A stretch of DNA of 64,000 nt from an uncultured delta proteobacterium (lineage in GTDB: Bacteria > Desulfobacterota > Binatia > Binatales > Binataceae). A model generated the notes under the pieces. The model searched no databases. It was not told the origin of the DNA and saw only the letters and a program-made list of their open reading frames with translations. Shown piece after piece: positions 1-10,356 of this stretch; the stretch's first letter is position 1; every line of letters starts with the position of its first letter. Location of the stretch: NCBI GenBank assembly GCA_963765675.1, contig CAVXXK010000001.1, forward strand, positions 800,001-864,000. Reading direction: 5' to 3'. Both the position numbers and the translations under genes were made by a program.

Positions 1-639
1 CCCGACAACAAGCTGCGCGATTATATCGATAACGCTGGGAAGGCCCACGAAAAGCCCTTTTCGTATAGCACCATCGAAAAAACATTCTACTCCAAGTTTA
101 TTGGTTCCAGCATGTTAGAGACGCCATGGAATTATCGCAGCGAACAGGGAGAAAATCCCAGGACTATAGAAGTAGCCCAGGTCGTGCGGCTAATGAGTCT
201 CATTGCCGACAAAATCTGCGTGGGCAAATACGATGAGGAGATTGGCACATCGAAGCTTGAGAACAAAGTACAGAAGGGCGAAGATATACCGGAAAAGCAC
301 CTACGCGCGTTCCGTATGGCAAAAGAGGAAATTCTCTATTGTTGGATCAACTATATTGGAAAAATTATAGAGAACCATTTTCTGATGTTGGGCCGCGTTG
401 TTGATAATCAAAGGCTGTTTCAATATCCGTTCCCGGAGCAACTCTGGACTAATATTGGTAACTTCATCGATAATCTGGCCCGCTTGCCAATGTGGATAAA
501 TCGAGATGCCTCGCTAACGATCTTCGGCGGTAAGCAAACCTATAGCTTCTGGCAGACAATCTTTGAATCGGGCGTCAGTCCAACGGGCCATAAAGCAATG
601 CCAACGGGCATCAACATAATGGAAATGATCAAACCATGA
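1..639 (+). CDS. 3' part of a hypothetical protein (gene starts before the window); lower GC, possibly defence-related
   Basis: Frame 1 is open from position 1 (PDNKLRDYIDNAGKAHEKPFSYSTIEKTFY...) to TGA at 637-639; visibly more AT-rich than the downstream genes. Confidence 0.7.
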   Translation, partial: PDNKLRDYIDNAGKAHEKPFSYSTIEKTFYSKFIGSSMLETPWNYRSEQGENPRTIEVAQVVRLMSLIADKICVGKYDEEIGTSKLENKVQKGEDIPEKHLRAFRMAKEEILYCWINYIGKIIENHFLMLGRVVDNQRLFQYPFPEQLWTNIGNFIDNLARLPMWINRDASLTIFGGKQTYSFWQTIFESGVSPTGHKAMPTGINIMEMIKP

Positions 640-715
640 AGCTATATGATGCAGACATAGTTATCTTCTTCATTTACGAATTGACGTGATTCTCTTTAAC
701 AGACTGAATGGGGAA

Positions 716-3700
716 CTACGGCCGGAATTGCAGCGCTCTTGGAGTGAGCATCGATGGTTGGGAGATGATGCGATAGGCGTTCTCCGCCCATTCGCAGATC
801 CATCGGCGGGTGTCGCGCGGGTCGATCATCTCTTCCATCTGGAACCGGTTTAGCGGGCCTATCGGACCACGCGCGCTTTCGATGCGCGCATTGATCTCCG
901 CGCGCAAGGCGGCGGGGTCGGCGGCCTCGGCAAGCTGACGTTTGTAGGCGGCCTCGATGCCGCCCTCGGGCGGGATGCCGCCCACATCCGCAGCCGGCCA
1001 TACGACGCGAGCGCTGGCGCCGCTGCGCGGCGTTGCGTAGTTGTTGCCGGCCACTCCAAAGCTGCGGCGCATGATGACGGTGAAGATCGGGATTGCGACC
1101 TGCGCGAACGCGATCATCCATTCGCCGCCCTTGCGGATCGTGCCGGCGATTTCGTGCTCGAGGCCCACCGCGAAGCCCGGATTATCGATCAGGTTCAGCA
1201 CCGGCAGGTGGAACAAGTCGCATAGGTCGAGGTGGCGCTTGAGTTTGTCGCAGCCGTCGGCCGTCAGCGCGCCGCCATTGACGTGCCGGCAGTCGGATGC
1301 GATCACACCCATCGGATAGCCGCCAAAGCGAACGAAGCCAACGATCTGGTCGGTGCCCCAGAGCGGCCCGATCTCGAAGAACGAGCCCCGATCCGCCATC
1401 AACCGGATGGCCCGGCGCATATCGAACGTCATGATGCGCTTGCGGGGAATGATCGTGAACAGCTCTTCCTCCCGGCGATCGGCAGGATCGGCGGGGTCTG
1501 GCGCCAGGACCGGCGGTGCTTCGTAGACGCTCGAAGGAAGGTAGGAGAGGAACCGCTTCGTCATCGAAGTGGCCTCTTCCTCCGACTCCGCCAGATTGTC
1601 GACCGAGCCGTTCCGGCAATGAATCTGCCAGCCGCCTAATTCCTCCTTCGTGATGTCGTAACCCATCGCGTGGCTCACCACCGGCGGCCCCGCGACGAAG
1701 AGCTGCGCGATGTCGCGCACCATCACCGAGAAATGGCCGAGCACCGCCTTCGCGGCGCCGATACCCACCACGCTGCCGAGCAGCAGATTGACCACCGGCA
1801 CCTCGCTGAGTTGTTTTACGTACATGCTGCTGCCGAGATGGCCCGGCAGGAACGAGCCGCCTTCGCCGGATACGCGAGGACGTCCCGCCACTATCGCGCC
1901 GGAGCTCTCTCTCGCGCTGCTCTCCCCCGCCTTCTGCTGCTTCGGCACCATCGCGGCGATACTGCCGCCGCCCGAGGAGCCATCCAACAACCGTATCGAT
2001 GGGCAGCGAAAGTCGATCGACAGTCGATCGAGATGAGCGCTCTTCCCGCCGATCGCGCCGTCGGCATGCCCGCCGCGCGAGGTGAAATCGTCGGCACATA
2101 CCACGGCCGTTCGGCCGTCGATTTTGCCCCATCCTCCAACGTGGTTGGCGGGTGTGAAGCCCGAAACTCGTCCCTCATCGTCGTAGTCGGCGAAGCCCGC
2201 GAGGCTGCCGACCTCGCGAAAGCTGCCGGCGTCGAGCAGCAGGTCGATTCGTTCGCGGCAGGTCAGCTTGCCGCGATCACGCTGGCGGACTACTCCCGGA
2301 TCCTTCGAGCCGGGCGCGAAGCGGCGATGCGCGATCGCCAGCAACGCCTGCACATCGGCAAGCATCGGCGCCCAGGTGTCGTCGCCATAGCGGCGCGGCG
2401 AGGTTGCGTCACTGCCGCGCTCAGTTGGGGCGATAGTGGCGACAATCTGGCCCGCCGCGACGGCGGCGCCGACCTCCGCGGGACTGATACCTGTCACGAC
2501 GCCGGCGCAGGGCGCCGTGACCGCGGTTTCCATCTTCATGGCGCTGATGATCATGAGCGTCGCGCCCGCCCCGACCGTCGCGCCGCTCTCGACGGCAAGC
2601 TCGATTATGGAACCAGCCATAGGGCTCTCGACGCCCTCCTGACCGCTCGGAACCGGCAGGCCCGGCTGTGTGCCTGTCGGGATGACCGCGGCTTGGCCGC
2701 GATGGAGCGCCGTAGCCTGTTGTTCGAGCAGCACCAGAGGACGTGAGGCGGATGCCTGTGCGCCGATCGGGGTAGAGAGCTCAGGATACTCGGAGAACAG
2801 GGTGGTCCGAGCGTCGCCCGTCCGCAGCGCTGGATGCGAGAGCACCGTACGTAGCTGCTTAAGATTCGTCGTCAGACCGGCGACATGGAACTCATCGAGG
2901 GCGCGCACGGTGTGGTCAAGCGCCGAAGCGAACGAGTTCGTCGAGTTTGACTGGCAGATGAGCTTTGCGAACATCGGATCGAATTGCGGCGGCGGCGCAT
3001 AGCCCACATAGCCGCAGGAATCGACCCGCACTCCCGGGCCCGTCGGCTCTTTGTACGCGGTCAGCACGCCGGTGCCGCTCGCGACGATACGCGCCTCTAC
3101 GGCAAAGCCGAGGGGAGCTTTGATCGCGGCTTGATCCGCGAGGCCCAGCGCTTTCAGAGTCTCCCCGGCCGCGATACGGAACTGAGCCTCGACCAGATCA
3201 ATGTTCGTGACCTGCTCGGTCACGGTGTGCTCGACCTGGATGCGGGGATTGCACTCGATGAAAAAGTGTTCGCCACGCTCGGGGTTGACCAAAAACTCGA
3301 CCGTGCCCGCGTTCACATAACCGGCCGCACTGGCCAGACGGATTGCATCCTCAAGGATGCGTCGTCGAAGGCCGGCCTCCAAGCCAGGCGCCGGCGCGAT
3401 CTCGATGACCTTCTGGTTTCGGAGCTGCACAGAGCAATCGCGCTCGTAGAGGTGGACGATGTCGCCGTGGCTATCGGCCAGGACCTGGACCTCGATGTGA
3501 CGTGGCCGCGCGATCAGCTTCTCGACAAAGAGGGAGCCGTCGCCGAACGCCGCCATCGCTTCGCTCTGGCATCGGGTGAAGGCCGCCGACATCTCATCGG
3601 CGCCCGCAACTGCGCGCATGCCGCGGCCGCCGCCGCCCGCCACCGCTTTCAGCATGACCGGATAGCCAATCGTCTCGGCGACGGCCCTGGCGTCCTGAGC

Positions 3701-4183
3701 GCTCGCCAGGGACTGCGGGCTGCCCGGGATGATCGGGATGCGCAGTGAGCGGGCGAGATCGCGCGCTTTGGTCTTGTCGCCAAACAGCGCGAGCGTCTCG
3801 GGGCTCGGCCCGATGAAGGCGATGCCCTCTTCGCGGCATCGCTTTGCGAAGCCGCTATTCTCGGACAGGAACCCGTAACCAGGATGCACGCAATCGCAGC
3901 GGCTGGCCTTGGCGGCTTCGATCAACCCCTCGATGTCGAGATAGGCGCGCACGGGATCGCTCGACGACGCCCGCGACGTGCCGAGTGCGCGCGATTCAGT
4001 TGTGACGCGGGTATGAAGCGATAGCTTGTCCGCCGGAGCGTACACGCTGACTGACTCGACGCCGAGCGCCGACGCGGCGCGTGCGACACGGATAGCAATT
4101 TCACCTCGGTTGGCAATCAGTACTCGCTTGAACAAAGGTCCACTCCGGGAAGCTGAATAAGTCACAGACCCATCTTGTAGCAC
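716..4183 (-). CDS. Single-chain multidomain biotin-dependent acyl-CoA carboxylase (BC-BCCP-CT fusion)
   Basis: RVLIANRGEIA, GGGGRGM and ERDCSVQ (biotin carboxylase); SAMKMET biotinylation motif; C-terminal carboxyltransferase (GKLTCRERIDLLLD). Confidence 0.92.
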   Translation of the reverse strand: MLQDGSVTYSASRSGPLFKRVLIANRGEIAIRVARAASALGVESVSVYAPADKLSLHTRVTTESRALGTSRASSSDPVRAYLDIEGLIEAAKASRCDCVHPGYGFLSENSGFAKRCREEGIAFIGPSPETLALFGDKTKARDLARSLRIPIIPGSPQSLASAQDARAVAETIGYPVMLKAVAGGGGRGMRAVAGADEMSAAFTRCQSEAMAAFGDGSLFVEKLIARPRHIEVQVLADSHGDIVHLYERDCSVQLRNQKVIEIAPAPGLEAGLRRRILEDAIRLASAAGYVNAGTVEFLVNPERGEHFFIECNPRIQVEHTVTEQVTNIDLVEAQFRIAAGETLKALGLADQAAIKAPLGFAVEARIVASGTGVLTAYKEPTGPGVRVDSCGYVGYAPPPQFDPMFAKLICQSNSTNSFASALDHTVRALDEFHVAGLTTNLKQLRTVLSHPALRTGDARTTLFSEYPELSTPIGAQASASRPLVLLEQQATALHRGQAAVIPTGTQPGLPVPSGQEGVESPMAGSIIELAVESGATVGAGATLMIISAMKMETAVTAPCAGVVTGISPAEVGAAVAAGQIVATIAPTERGSDATSPRRYGDDTWAPMLADVQALLAIAHRRFAPGSKDPGVVRQRDRGKLTCRERIDLLLDAGSFREVGSLAGFADYDDEGRVSGFTPANHVGGWGKIDGRTAVVCADDFTSRGGHADGAIGGKSAHLDRLSIDFRCPSIRLLDGSSGGGSIAAMVPKQQKAGESSARESSGAIVAGRPRVSGEGGSFLPGHLGSSMYVKQLSEVPVVNLLLGSVVGIGAAKAVLGHFSVMVRDIAQLFVAGPPVVSHAMGYDITKEELGGWQIHCRNGSVDNLAESEEEATSMTKRFLSYLPSSVYEAPPVLAPDPADPADRREEELFTIIPRKRIMTFDMRRAIRLMADRGSFFEIGPLWGTDQIVGFVRFGGYPMGVIASDCRHVNGGALTADGCDKLKRHLDLCDLFHLPVLNLIDNPGFAVGLEHEIAGTIRKGGEWMIAFAQVAIPIFTVIMRRSFGVAGNNYATPRSGASARVVWPAADVGGIPPEGGIEAAYKRQLAEAADPAALRAEINARIESARGPIGPLNRFQMEEMIDPRDTRRWICEWAENAYRIISQPSMLTPRALQFRP

Positions 4184-4445
4184 GGCTTTCCTTATTTTTT
4201 GTTCTTAGCTTCGCATAGCAGGTTGATCGCGCTCGTGTCGACGATTTGCGCGCGCCCGTTGCGTTGCGAGCGTGGCTTGCGTGCGCGTTCGATAAAAAAC
4301 TGTTGACAACTACGCCACGATTGCTAATCCATATTTATCCAACCCCTCTGAATGTTCGCGGCGCGCCTGCGGCCGCACACGCTCTGCGTTTGATGGGAAA
4401 CTATCGAGCTTGGACGATCGGGATTTCTTTTCTGAGGAGGTTTTG

Positions 4446-5757
4446 ATGCGAACACACAAATTTTTGATGGTATCGGGGTGGGGAACCGTCGCAATGGCGA
4501 CAACCCTGGCGCTGGTCATGGGGCTGGCGCCCTCGGCGGCTGCCCAAGTCAAACCTGGGGACTTTATAACTCCAGCGAATGCATCCAAGGTCAAGGATCT
4601 GCTCTCGCCGGGCGAATACTGGCGGGTCGAGAATGGAATGTCGATGAAGATCGTGCCGACTGGACGAATCGATTGGCCTCCCCCGTACAAGGAAGCCACC
4701 GAAAAATATTCGTCGCAGGTGCGTCTGGCCAAAAATGGGTTATCAATGGTCGGATATGTTGCCGGGACAGCCGTTCCCGATCATCGATGACAACGATCCC
4801 AACGCCGCGATCAAAATCATGTGGAATATGGATTTCCGGCCGATGTGGACCGACGACTTCGACGCTCGCTATTTCGGCTGCGTCGAGGTCTATGAGAAAC
4901 TCCATAACCCCTACAACGAAATCGACTTCCAGCTCATAGGACACTACGGGGTCTACAACGAGGTCGGCCGGACCGAGGTCGAGCCGTTACCGACGGACCC
5001 GGACTATCTCAAGTCCAATATCATGTTCCGCTGGCGCGCCTTTCCGTGGTTATCACCGGCGGCGGTCCGCGGCAGTGGCATCGTCGGCTACCGCTACGGC
5101 GATCCGATGAGGGCCGACGACTCGTGGAGCTACAACCCCGACGCGCGGCGCGTGCGCCGGCTTGACGAGGCGATCCGCGGCGACGCAACCGGCACGCTTC
5201 AGTTCAATCAGGATGACGCCGAGGGTTACAACCCCAAGATCGAGGACTACACCTACCGCTTCCTGGGCGAGAAGATGATGCTGGGCGCGCTGCACGTAGT
5301 GCAGGACCCCGGCAACGTCTGTCCGACAGACGGCGGCGGCAGCGTGTGTCCGGCAGAGTGGGAGATGCGCCGGGTCTATGTGATAGAGACCAGGGCCAAC
5401 CCCAAACGTCTAACCGGAGACCTTTATTCCAAGCACCTCGTTTACATCGACACCGAGGCCGACGTGGTGCTCTCGCACGACCAGTACGATCGCCAGGGCG
5501 AGTTGATGCTGAACTTCACCAACTGGCTGACCTATCGCGACCGGCCGGTGCCCGATGCGAAAATCGCGATCTATCCCTTCAAGCGCGTCTTCCAGGTCAA
5601 TGGCACCAGCACCAACGTCCAGACGGGGCTCTCAAGCTTCTGCGACCTGCCCACGCCTAACGCGCCCGAGCACGAGTGTTGGTACATCAACATGGGTGCT
5701 GTGAGCCGCGACGACGTCACGCCCGACGCGATGGTCAAGAACACCGCCGGCCGCTGA
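4446..5757 (+). CDS. DUF1329 family exported protein, frameshifted at ~4764-4766
   Basis: RBS GAGGAGG, signal peptide, KPGDFITPAN...YKEATEKY...GYVAG; removing one G joins it to QPFP...IMWN and later WSYNPDARRVRR. Confidence 0.8.
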
Positions 5758-5796
5758 GCGGTCGATATCGGCGAGACTGCCCGCCGCCCAAAAATC

Positions 5797-5833
5797 AAGG
5801 TCGGGAGCCGTCGCTCCGACTCCCGACCTTTTT
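5797..5833 (+). terminator. Rho-independent terminator
   Basis: AAGGTCGGGAG...CTCCCGACCTT stem followed by a T run. Confidence 0.7.
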
Positions 5834-5996
5834 CCCGTGAATCCGACAACCTTGCCGCTGGCTGCGATTGCGCCTCCAAAGAGATCGACCATCCGCACAC
5901 TTTGGGCAATCGAGTCTGACGCATCGAAGTGTTTGTGATATTTTTCAAAAAGATACCGGGTGAAATGTTTGCTGTCTGAACGATCCGAGGAGAGCT

Positions 5997-6395
5997 ATGG
6001 CCGACAAAATCAAGAAGAGCAACGACGAATGGCGAAAAGAGCTGACGCCGCTCCAATTCGCCGTGACGCGCGAGAAAGCTACCGAGGCGCCGTTTTCCGG
6101 CGAATACGAAACGGTGACGACACCCGGTCTCTATCGATGCGTCTGCTGCGGCGAGACGTTGTTCGAGTCTGATACGAAGTTCGACGCCGGATGCGGCTGG
6201 CCCAGCTTTACCAAACCCGTGGCTGAAGACCGGATCGCCGAAGAAGCGGATCGAAGCCACGGTATGGTCCGCACGGAAGTTATGTGCGCCAAATGCGACG
6301 CACATTTAGGGCACGTGTTCGAAGACGGACCTGAGCCGACGGGACTTCGCTACTGCATCAACTCAGCCTCGCTGAAACTTGATCCAAAAAAATAA
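5997..6395 (+). CDS. msrB: Peptide methionine (R)-sulfoxide reductase (Zn-binding, Cys type)
   Basis: [27 protein letters not shown], two CxxC. Confidence 0.97.
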   Translation: MADKIKKSNDEWRKELTPLQFAVTREKATEAPFSGEYETVTTPGLYRCVCCGETLFESDTKFDAGCGWPSFTKPVAEDRIAEEADRSHGMVRTEVMCAKCDAHLGHVFEDGPEPTGLRYCINSASLKLDPKK

Positions 6396-6431
6396 CCTCA
6401 CGAAACGAACCCAAACCGCAAAGAGTCTGCG

Positions 6432-7493
6432 ATGAGCAACGACCTGAAGGAACACCGCCTGGTTTCTGTCTCGCCTTCGCCGCGGAATATGCCCGCAGGA
6501 TGGACGCCGCCTGCGCCGGCGTGGGCGATGAGCTTCGCGCATCAAACGAAGCCAGTCGTCATGGCCTACTTCGGGACTCAGCTCGAATCGCGAGAACAGA
6601 ACCCGCTCGGCCCGCGAACGCATCAGTTCTTCGATTGCGCCGATGCGCCCGAGAACGTCGAGGACGCGAGGTTCCTCGATCGTGCGGGATGCCTAAATCT
6701 CATTACGGCTGCGTATTGGACTGATCCTGCCAGCTACGAAAGATGGGAAAAGAAATCTGGCTTCGTTTCCTGGTGGAGCGATCCGGCGCGGGTACGCGAT
6801 GGGCAAGGTCATTTTCGCGAGGTCCTCAGCGTTCCGCCCGATCGATTTGAGACGATCTTTTCGCACGGGATCGTTGTCGGGGTGGCGAAGACCGGCGGCG
6901 AGGTCGTGGGTCCAATCCGCGAGCATAACTACTGGGGCAGTATGCGCGACCGAATTCAGGCATCAGCCGAAGACGATTTGCGCAGCGGTTACGGCGATAG
7001 CCTTCCGCGGCTGGGCGCCACGGCAACTTTGGGCAGACGGCTTCGGGTCAAGGTCCCGGAGAATCTTGCCGTCATCAGGTCGGGTCAGGACTGGAACAAT
7101 TGCGCGGGCGCCGAATTGTCGGAATACGAAGGCTCTGTACAACCCGCGTTGGTCGAAGGAATGACTTTTCTGCGGGATAATCCCGACGCGACCGGCTGCT
7201 GCGATTTGCGCTTCGCTCAGGAGACGGATCGCGATGGCTCGCCGCTTAAGAAGACCTTCGGACTCGGCTACTTCCTGACCTTGGGCCATCTGGAAAAATG
7301 GGCGGCGAGTCATCCCACGCATCTTGCGATCTTTTCCAGATTCCTCACGATGGTGCGGCAGCACGGTGCGGACCTCAAACTGAGGCTCTGGCACGAGGTA
7401 TCCGTTCTGCCCGCGGCGGGTCAACTCTTCGAATACATCAATTGCCATCCCGGGACCGGCCTGCTGCCGTACTTCCCATCCGAAGAGTGCTAA
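6432..7493 (+). CDS. oxd: Heme-dependent aldoxime dehydratase (Oxd family)
   Basis: HNYWGSMRDRI, IRSGQDW, LEKWAASHPTHLAIF, LWHEVSV, EYINCHP. Confidence 0.9.
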   Translation: MSNDLKEHRLVSVSPSPRNMPAGWTPPAPAWAMSFAHQTKPVVMAYFGTQLESREQNPLGPRTHQFFDCADAPENVEDARFLDRAGCLNLITAAYWTDPASYERWEKKSGFVSWWSDPARVRDGQGHFREVLSVPPDRFETIFSHGIVVGVAKTGGEVVGPIREHNYWGSMRDRIQASAEDDLRSGYGDSLPRLGATATLGRRLRVKVPENLAVIRSGQDWNNCAGAELSEYEGSVQPALVEGMTFLRDNPDATGCCDLRFAQETDRDGSPLKKTFGLGYFLTLGHLEKWAASHPTHLAIFSRFLTMVRQHGADLKLRLWHEVSVLPAAGQLFEYINCHPGTGLLPYFPSEEC

Positions 7494-7516
7494 ATATTTG
7501 AGCCGCTCGGTGGTTG

Positions 7517-8522
7517 ATGAGCTCAACTGCAAACCTTCCGATCATCGATATTGCGCCGCTTCGCAGCGGCGCCTCCGACATAGCCCGTATCGGCGCGGCA
7601 CTGGATCGGGCCTGCTGCGAGTTCGGATTTTTTTACGTGACCGGTCATGGAATCCGACCTGACTTGTCTCCGGATGATGACGCTCGCGCGCGAGTTCTTC
7701 TCGCTTCCGCTGGCGGAGAAGATGGGGATCGCGATGACACGCGGCGGGCGGGCATGGCGCGGCTACTTTCCCGTGGACGGCGAGTTGACCTCGGGCCGGC
7801 CCGATCGCAAGGAAGGAATCTACCTGGGTACCGAGCTGGGTCCGGACGACGCGCGTGTTCGAGCCGGCCTGCCACTGCATGGCATGAATCTCTATCCAGC
7901 GCTGCCGGGATTCCGCGAGACGCTCCTGACCTACATGGATGAGGTCACTGCCACGGGGCAGCTACTACTCAGTGGAATTGCCGTCGGCCTCGGCCTGGAG
8001 AAGGATTACTTCCTCGAGCGTTACACTCGCGATCCGACCGTACTCTTTCGCATCTTCAACTACCCGCCCGCTCACACAAGCGCCAACGACGATAAGCTCG
8101 GCGTGGGAGAGCACACTGACTATGGACTGCTGACGCTGCTGCGCCAGGACGACGTCGGGGGTCTGCAGATTTGGCATCAGGACCGGTGGCTGGCGGCAAC
8201 GCCGGTGCCCGACTCCTTCGTCTGCAATGTCGGCGATATGCTTGAGCGACTGACCGCCGGACGTTACGTATCGGCGCTGCATCGCGTCCGCAACGTCTCG
8301 ACGCGGGACCGTATCTCGATGCCGCTCTTTCTCGACCCGAACTTCGATGCGGAGCTAGCGGCGATCGAGGTCCTCGCGCCGGATCCTACGGCCGCCGGCC
8401 GGCGGCGTCATGGGCGTCGATGGGACGGCACAGACCTCGCGACAGTTAGCGGAAGCTATGGTGACTATCTACTAAGTAAAGTCTCGAAAGTATTTCCGCA
8501 ATTGAGAGCGAAAGTGCTCTAA
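7517..8522 (+). CDS. Isopenicillin N synthase-like 2-oxoglutarate/Fe(II) oxygenase, frameshifted near 7655-7670
   Basis: N-terminal LPIIDI...ACCEFGFFYVTGHG in one frame; HTDYG, NVGDMLE, HRV and RIS motifs in the next. Confidence 0.85.
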
Positions 8523-8539
8523 GCGTTTGGCGGTACGGC

Positions 8540-10102
8540 ATGCGCGATTGGAGCAGGTGCCATAGCTACTTATTCGCCTTAATCCAGTTTCTCCTGCTCG
8601 GATCGGTTCTCGCAATCTCACTCGATGTACAGCGGAGTTATGCCGAAATGATCGCACCTGAAATCGCACGCCCAGGCCTTGAATGGTTCAACGTTGCCGC
8701 GCCGATCCCGATCGCGAGCTTGCGCGGCCGGGTGGTGGTTCTCGACTTCTGGACCGAGGGCTGCATCAATTGCATCCAGATAATCCCCACGTTGCGCCGA
8801 GTGGAAGAACGCTTCCCCGACAAAGTGGTGGTGATCGGGGTTCATTCGCCGAAATTCGCCAACGAGAAAAACGCGGCGAGCGTCAAGGACGCGATCCGCC
8901 GCTACGAGATCCGGCATCCGATCATTCACGATCCTCAGATGACGCTGTGGCGCGCGTATGGCGTGCAGGCGTGGCCGACGCTGGTCGTGATCGGAACCGA
9001 CGGCGACGTCGCCGGTTCGATTCCCGGCGAACCGGATCCGGATCGGTTGATCGCCGCGATCGACAACCTCGTCACAGCCTCGGCAAAAGCCGGCACGCTG
9101 AAGCCGGCGGCACTCGATCTGGAGCTGCTGCCGGAACCCAAGGGCCGTTTCCTGTTCCCGGGAAAACTGAAGCCGATGCCGGGACAGATCAAGCGATGGG
9201 CGTTGGCTGATGGTGGGCACAATCAGATCGTGCTGCTCGATGACAGCGGCAAGGAACTCGAGCGCTACGGCAGCGGCGAAGCGGGCCTGCTCGACGGCGC
9301 AAAGGACCAGGCGCGCTTCAATCATCCGCAGGGCCTGATTGCGTCGGCCGATGCGATTTTCGTCGCCGATACCGAGAGCCACGCGATTCGCCAAATCGAT
9401 CTCGCAAGCGGTGGCGTCACCACGCTGGCTGGGACCGGAAAACGCGGCATGCCGCTCGGCGCTCCCGAGCCCAGCCGAACGCGGGCGCTCGCTTCGCCCT
9501 GGGACCTCGAGAAGAAGGGCGACCAGCTATTTTTTGCGAACGCGGGAACTCATCAGATTGGCGTGCTCGACCTCAAGACTGGCACGGTCGCCGCGCTCGC
9601 GGGCACGGGCGAGGAAGGTTTGCGGGACGGGCCAGCCACGGCGGCATCACTGGCACAACCGAGCGGTCTCGCGCTCAGTGCAGATCAGAAAACGCTTTAT
9701 CTTGCCGACAGTGAAAGCTCATCCGTGCGGGCAATCACGCTCTCCGGCGATCCTCAGATACACACCCTCGTTGGCGCCGGACTATTCGATTTCGGCTGGG
9801 TCAACGGCGATTTCCACAACGCGCGTCTGCAGCATCCCCTCGGTCTCGCTATCGACGGCAAACAGCTATTGGTCGCGGATACTTACAACAGTGCAATCCG
9901 GGAACTGGAGTTGGCGACGCATCAGGTCGTGGACTTCGATGGTGGAAAATTCACCTGCGTTGATCCGGTATGCGTTCCCACGCGCGAGCCGGCCGGAATC
10001 GCAGTTGATACTCCGAATCGAATCCTGCTCGTCGATACCGGCAATCATCGAATAGATGAATACCTGCCCGAAGCGAAGACCTATCACACCTGGTCGAGAT
10101 AA
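8540..10102 (+). CDS. Exported thioredoxin-like domain + NHL-repeat protein
   Basis: LDFWTEGCINC, GVHSPKF, AWPT; NHL repeats FNHPQG, LAQPSG, LQHPLG. Confidence 0.9.
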   Translation: MRDWSRCHSYLFALIQFLLLGSVLAISLDVQRSYAEMIAPEIARPGLEWFNVAAPIPIASLRGRVVVLDFWTEGCINCIQIIPTLRRVEERFPDKVVVIGVHSPKFANEKNAASVKDAIRRYEIRHPIIHDPQMTLWRAYGVQAWPTLVVIGTDGDVAGSIPGEPDPDRLIAAIDNLVTASAKAGTLKPAALDLELLPEPKGRFLFPGKLKPMPGQIKRWALADGGHNQIVLLDDSGKELERYGSGEAGLLDGAKDQARFNHPQGLIASADAIFVADTESHAIRQIDLASGGVTTLAGTGKRGMPLGAPEPSRTRALASPWDLEKKGDQLFFANAGTHQIGVLDLKTGTVAALAGTGEEGLRDGPATAASLAQPSGLALSADQKTLYLADSESSSVRAITLSGDPQIHTLVGAGLFDFGWVNGDFHNARLQHPLGLAIDGKQLLVADTYNSAIRELELATHQVVDFDGGKFTCVDPVCVPTREPAGIAVDTPNRILLVDTGNHRIDEYLPEAKTYHTWSR

Positions 10103-10255
10103 CCTCTTGCAGCCTGATTCAAACGTCTTGCCCGACTTGGCCCCGACCCATTTTCCTTCGATGAGAAGTTTCTTCGGCGAGCTTTCGAAAAACTGATGGT
10201 TGCCGGCGTTCGTATTCCGGTAAATCTGTCTTTCAAATGATGGAACTGTCCCCAT
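10103..10255 (-). pseudogene. N-terminal remnant of an aldehyde dehydrogenase
   Basis: KKLLIEGKWVGAKSGKTFES matches the ALDH N-terminus; similarity ends at the 3' end of the NHL gene. Confidence 0.6.
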
Positions 10256-10356
10256 GATTCCGGATCCGGTCGCCCAATTCGTCGGAATTTTATTGAGCTT
10301 GCGCTTCGGTTGGAAATCAGCGACTACCTAATGCTGATCGTATCGGGAGGTGGCAT

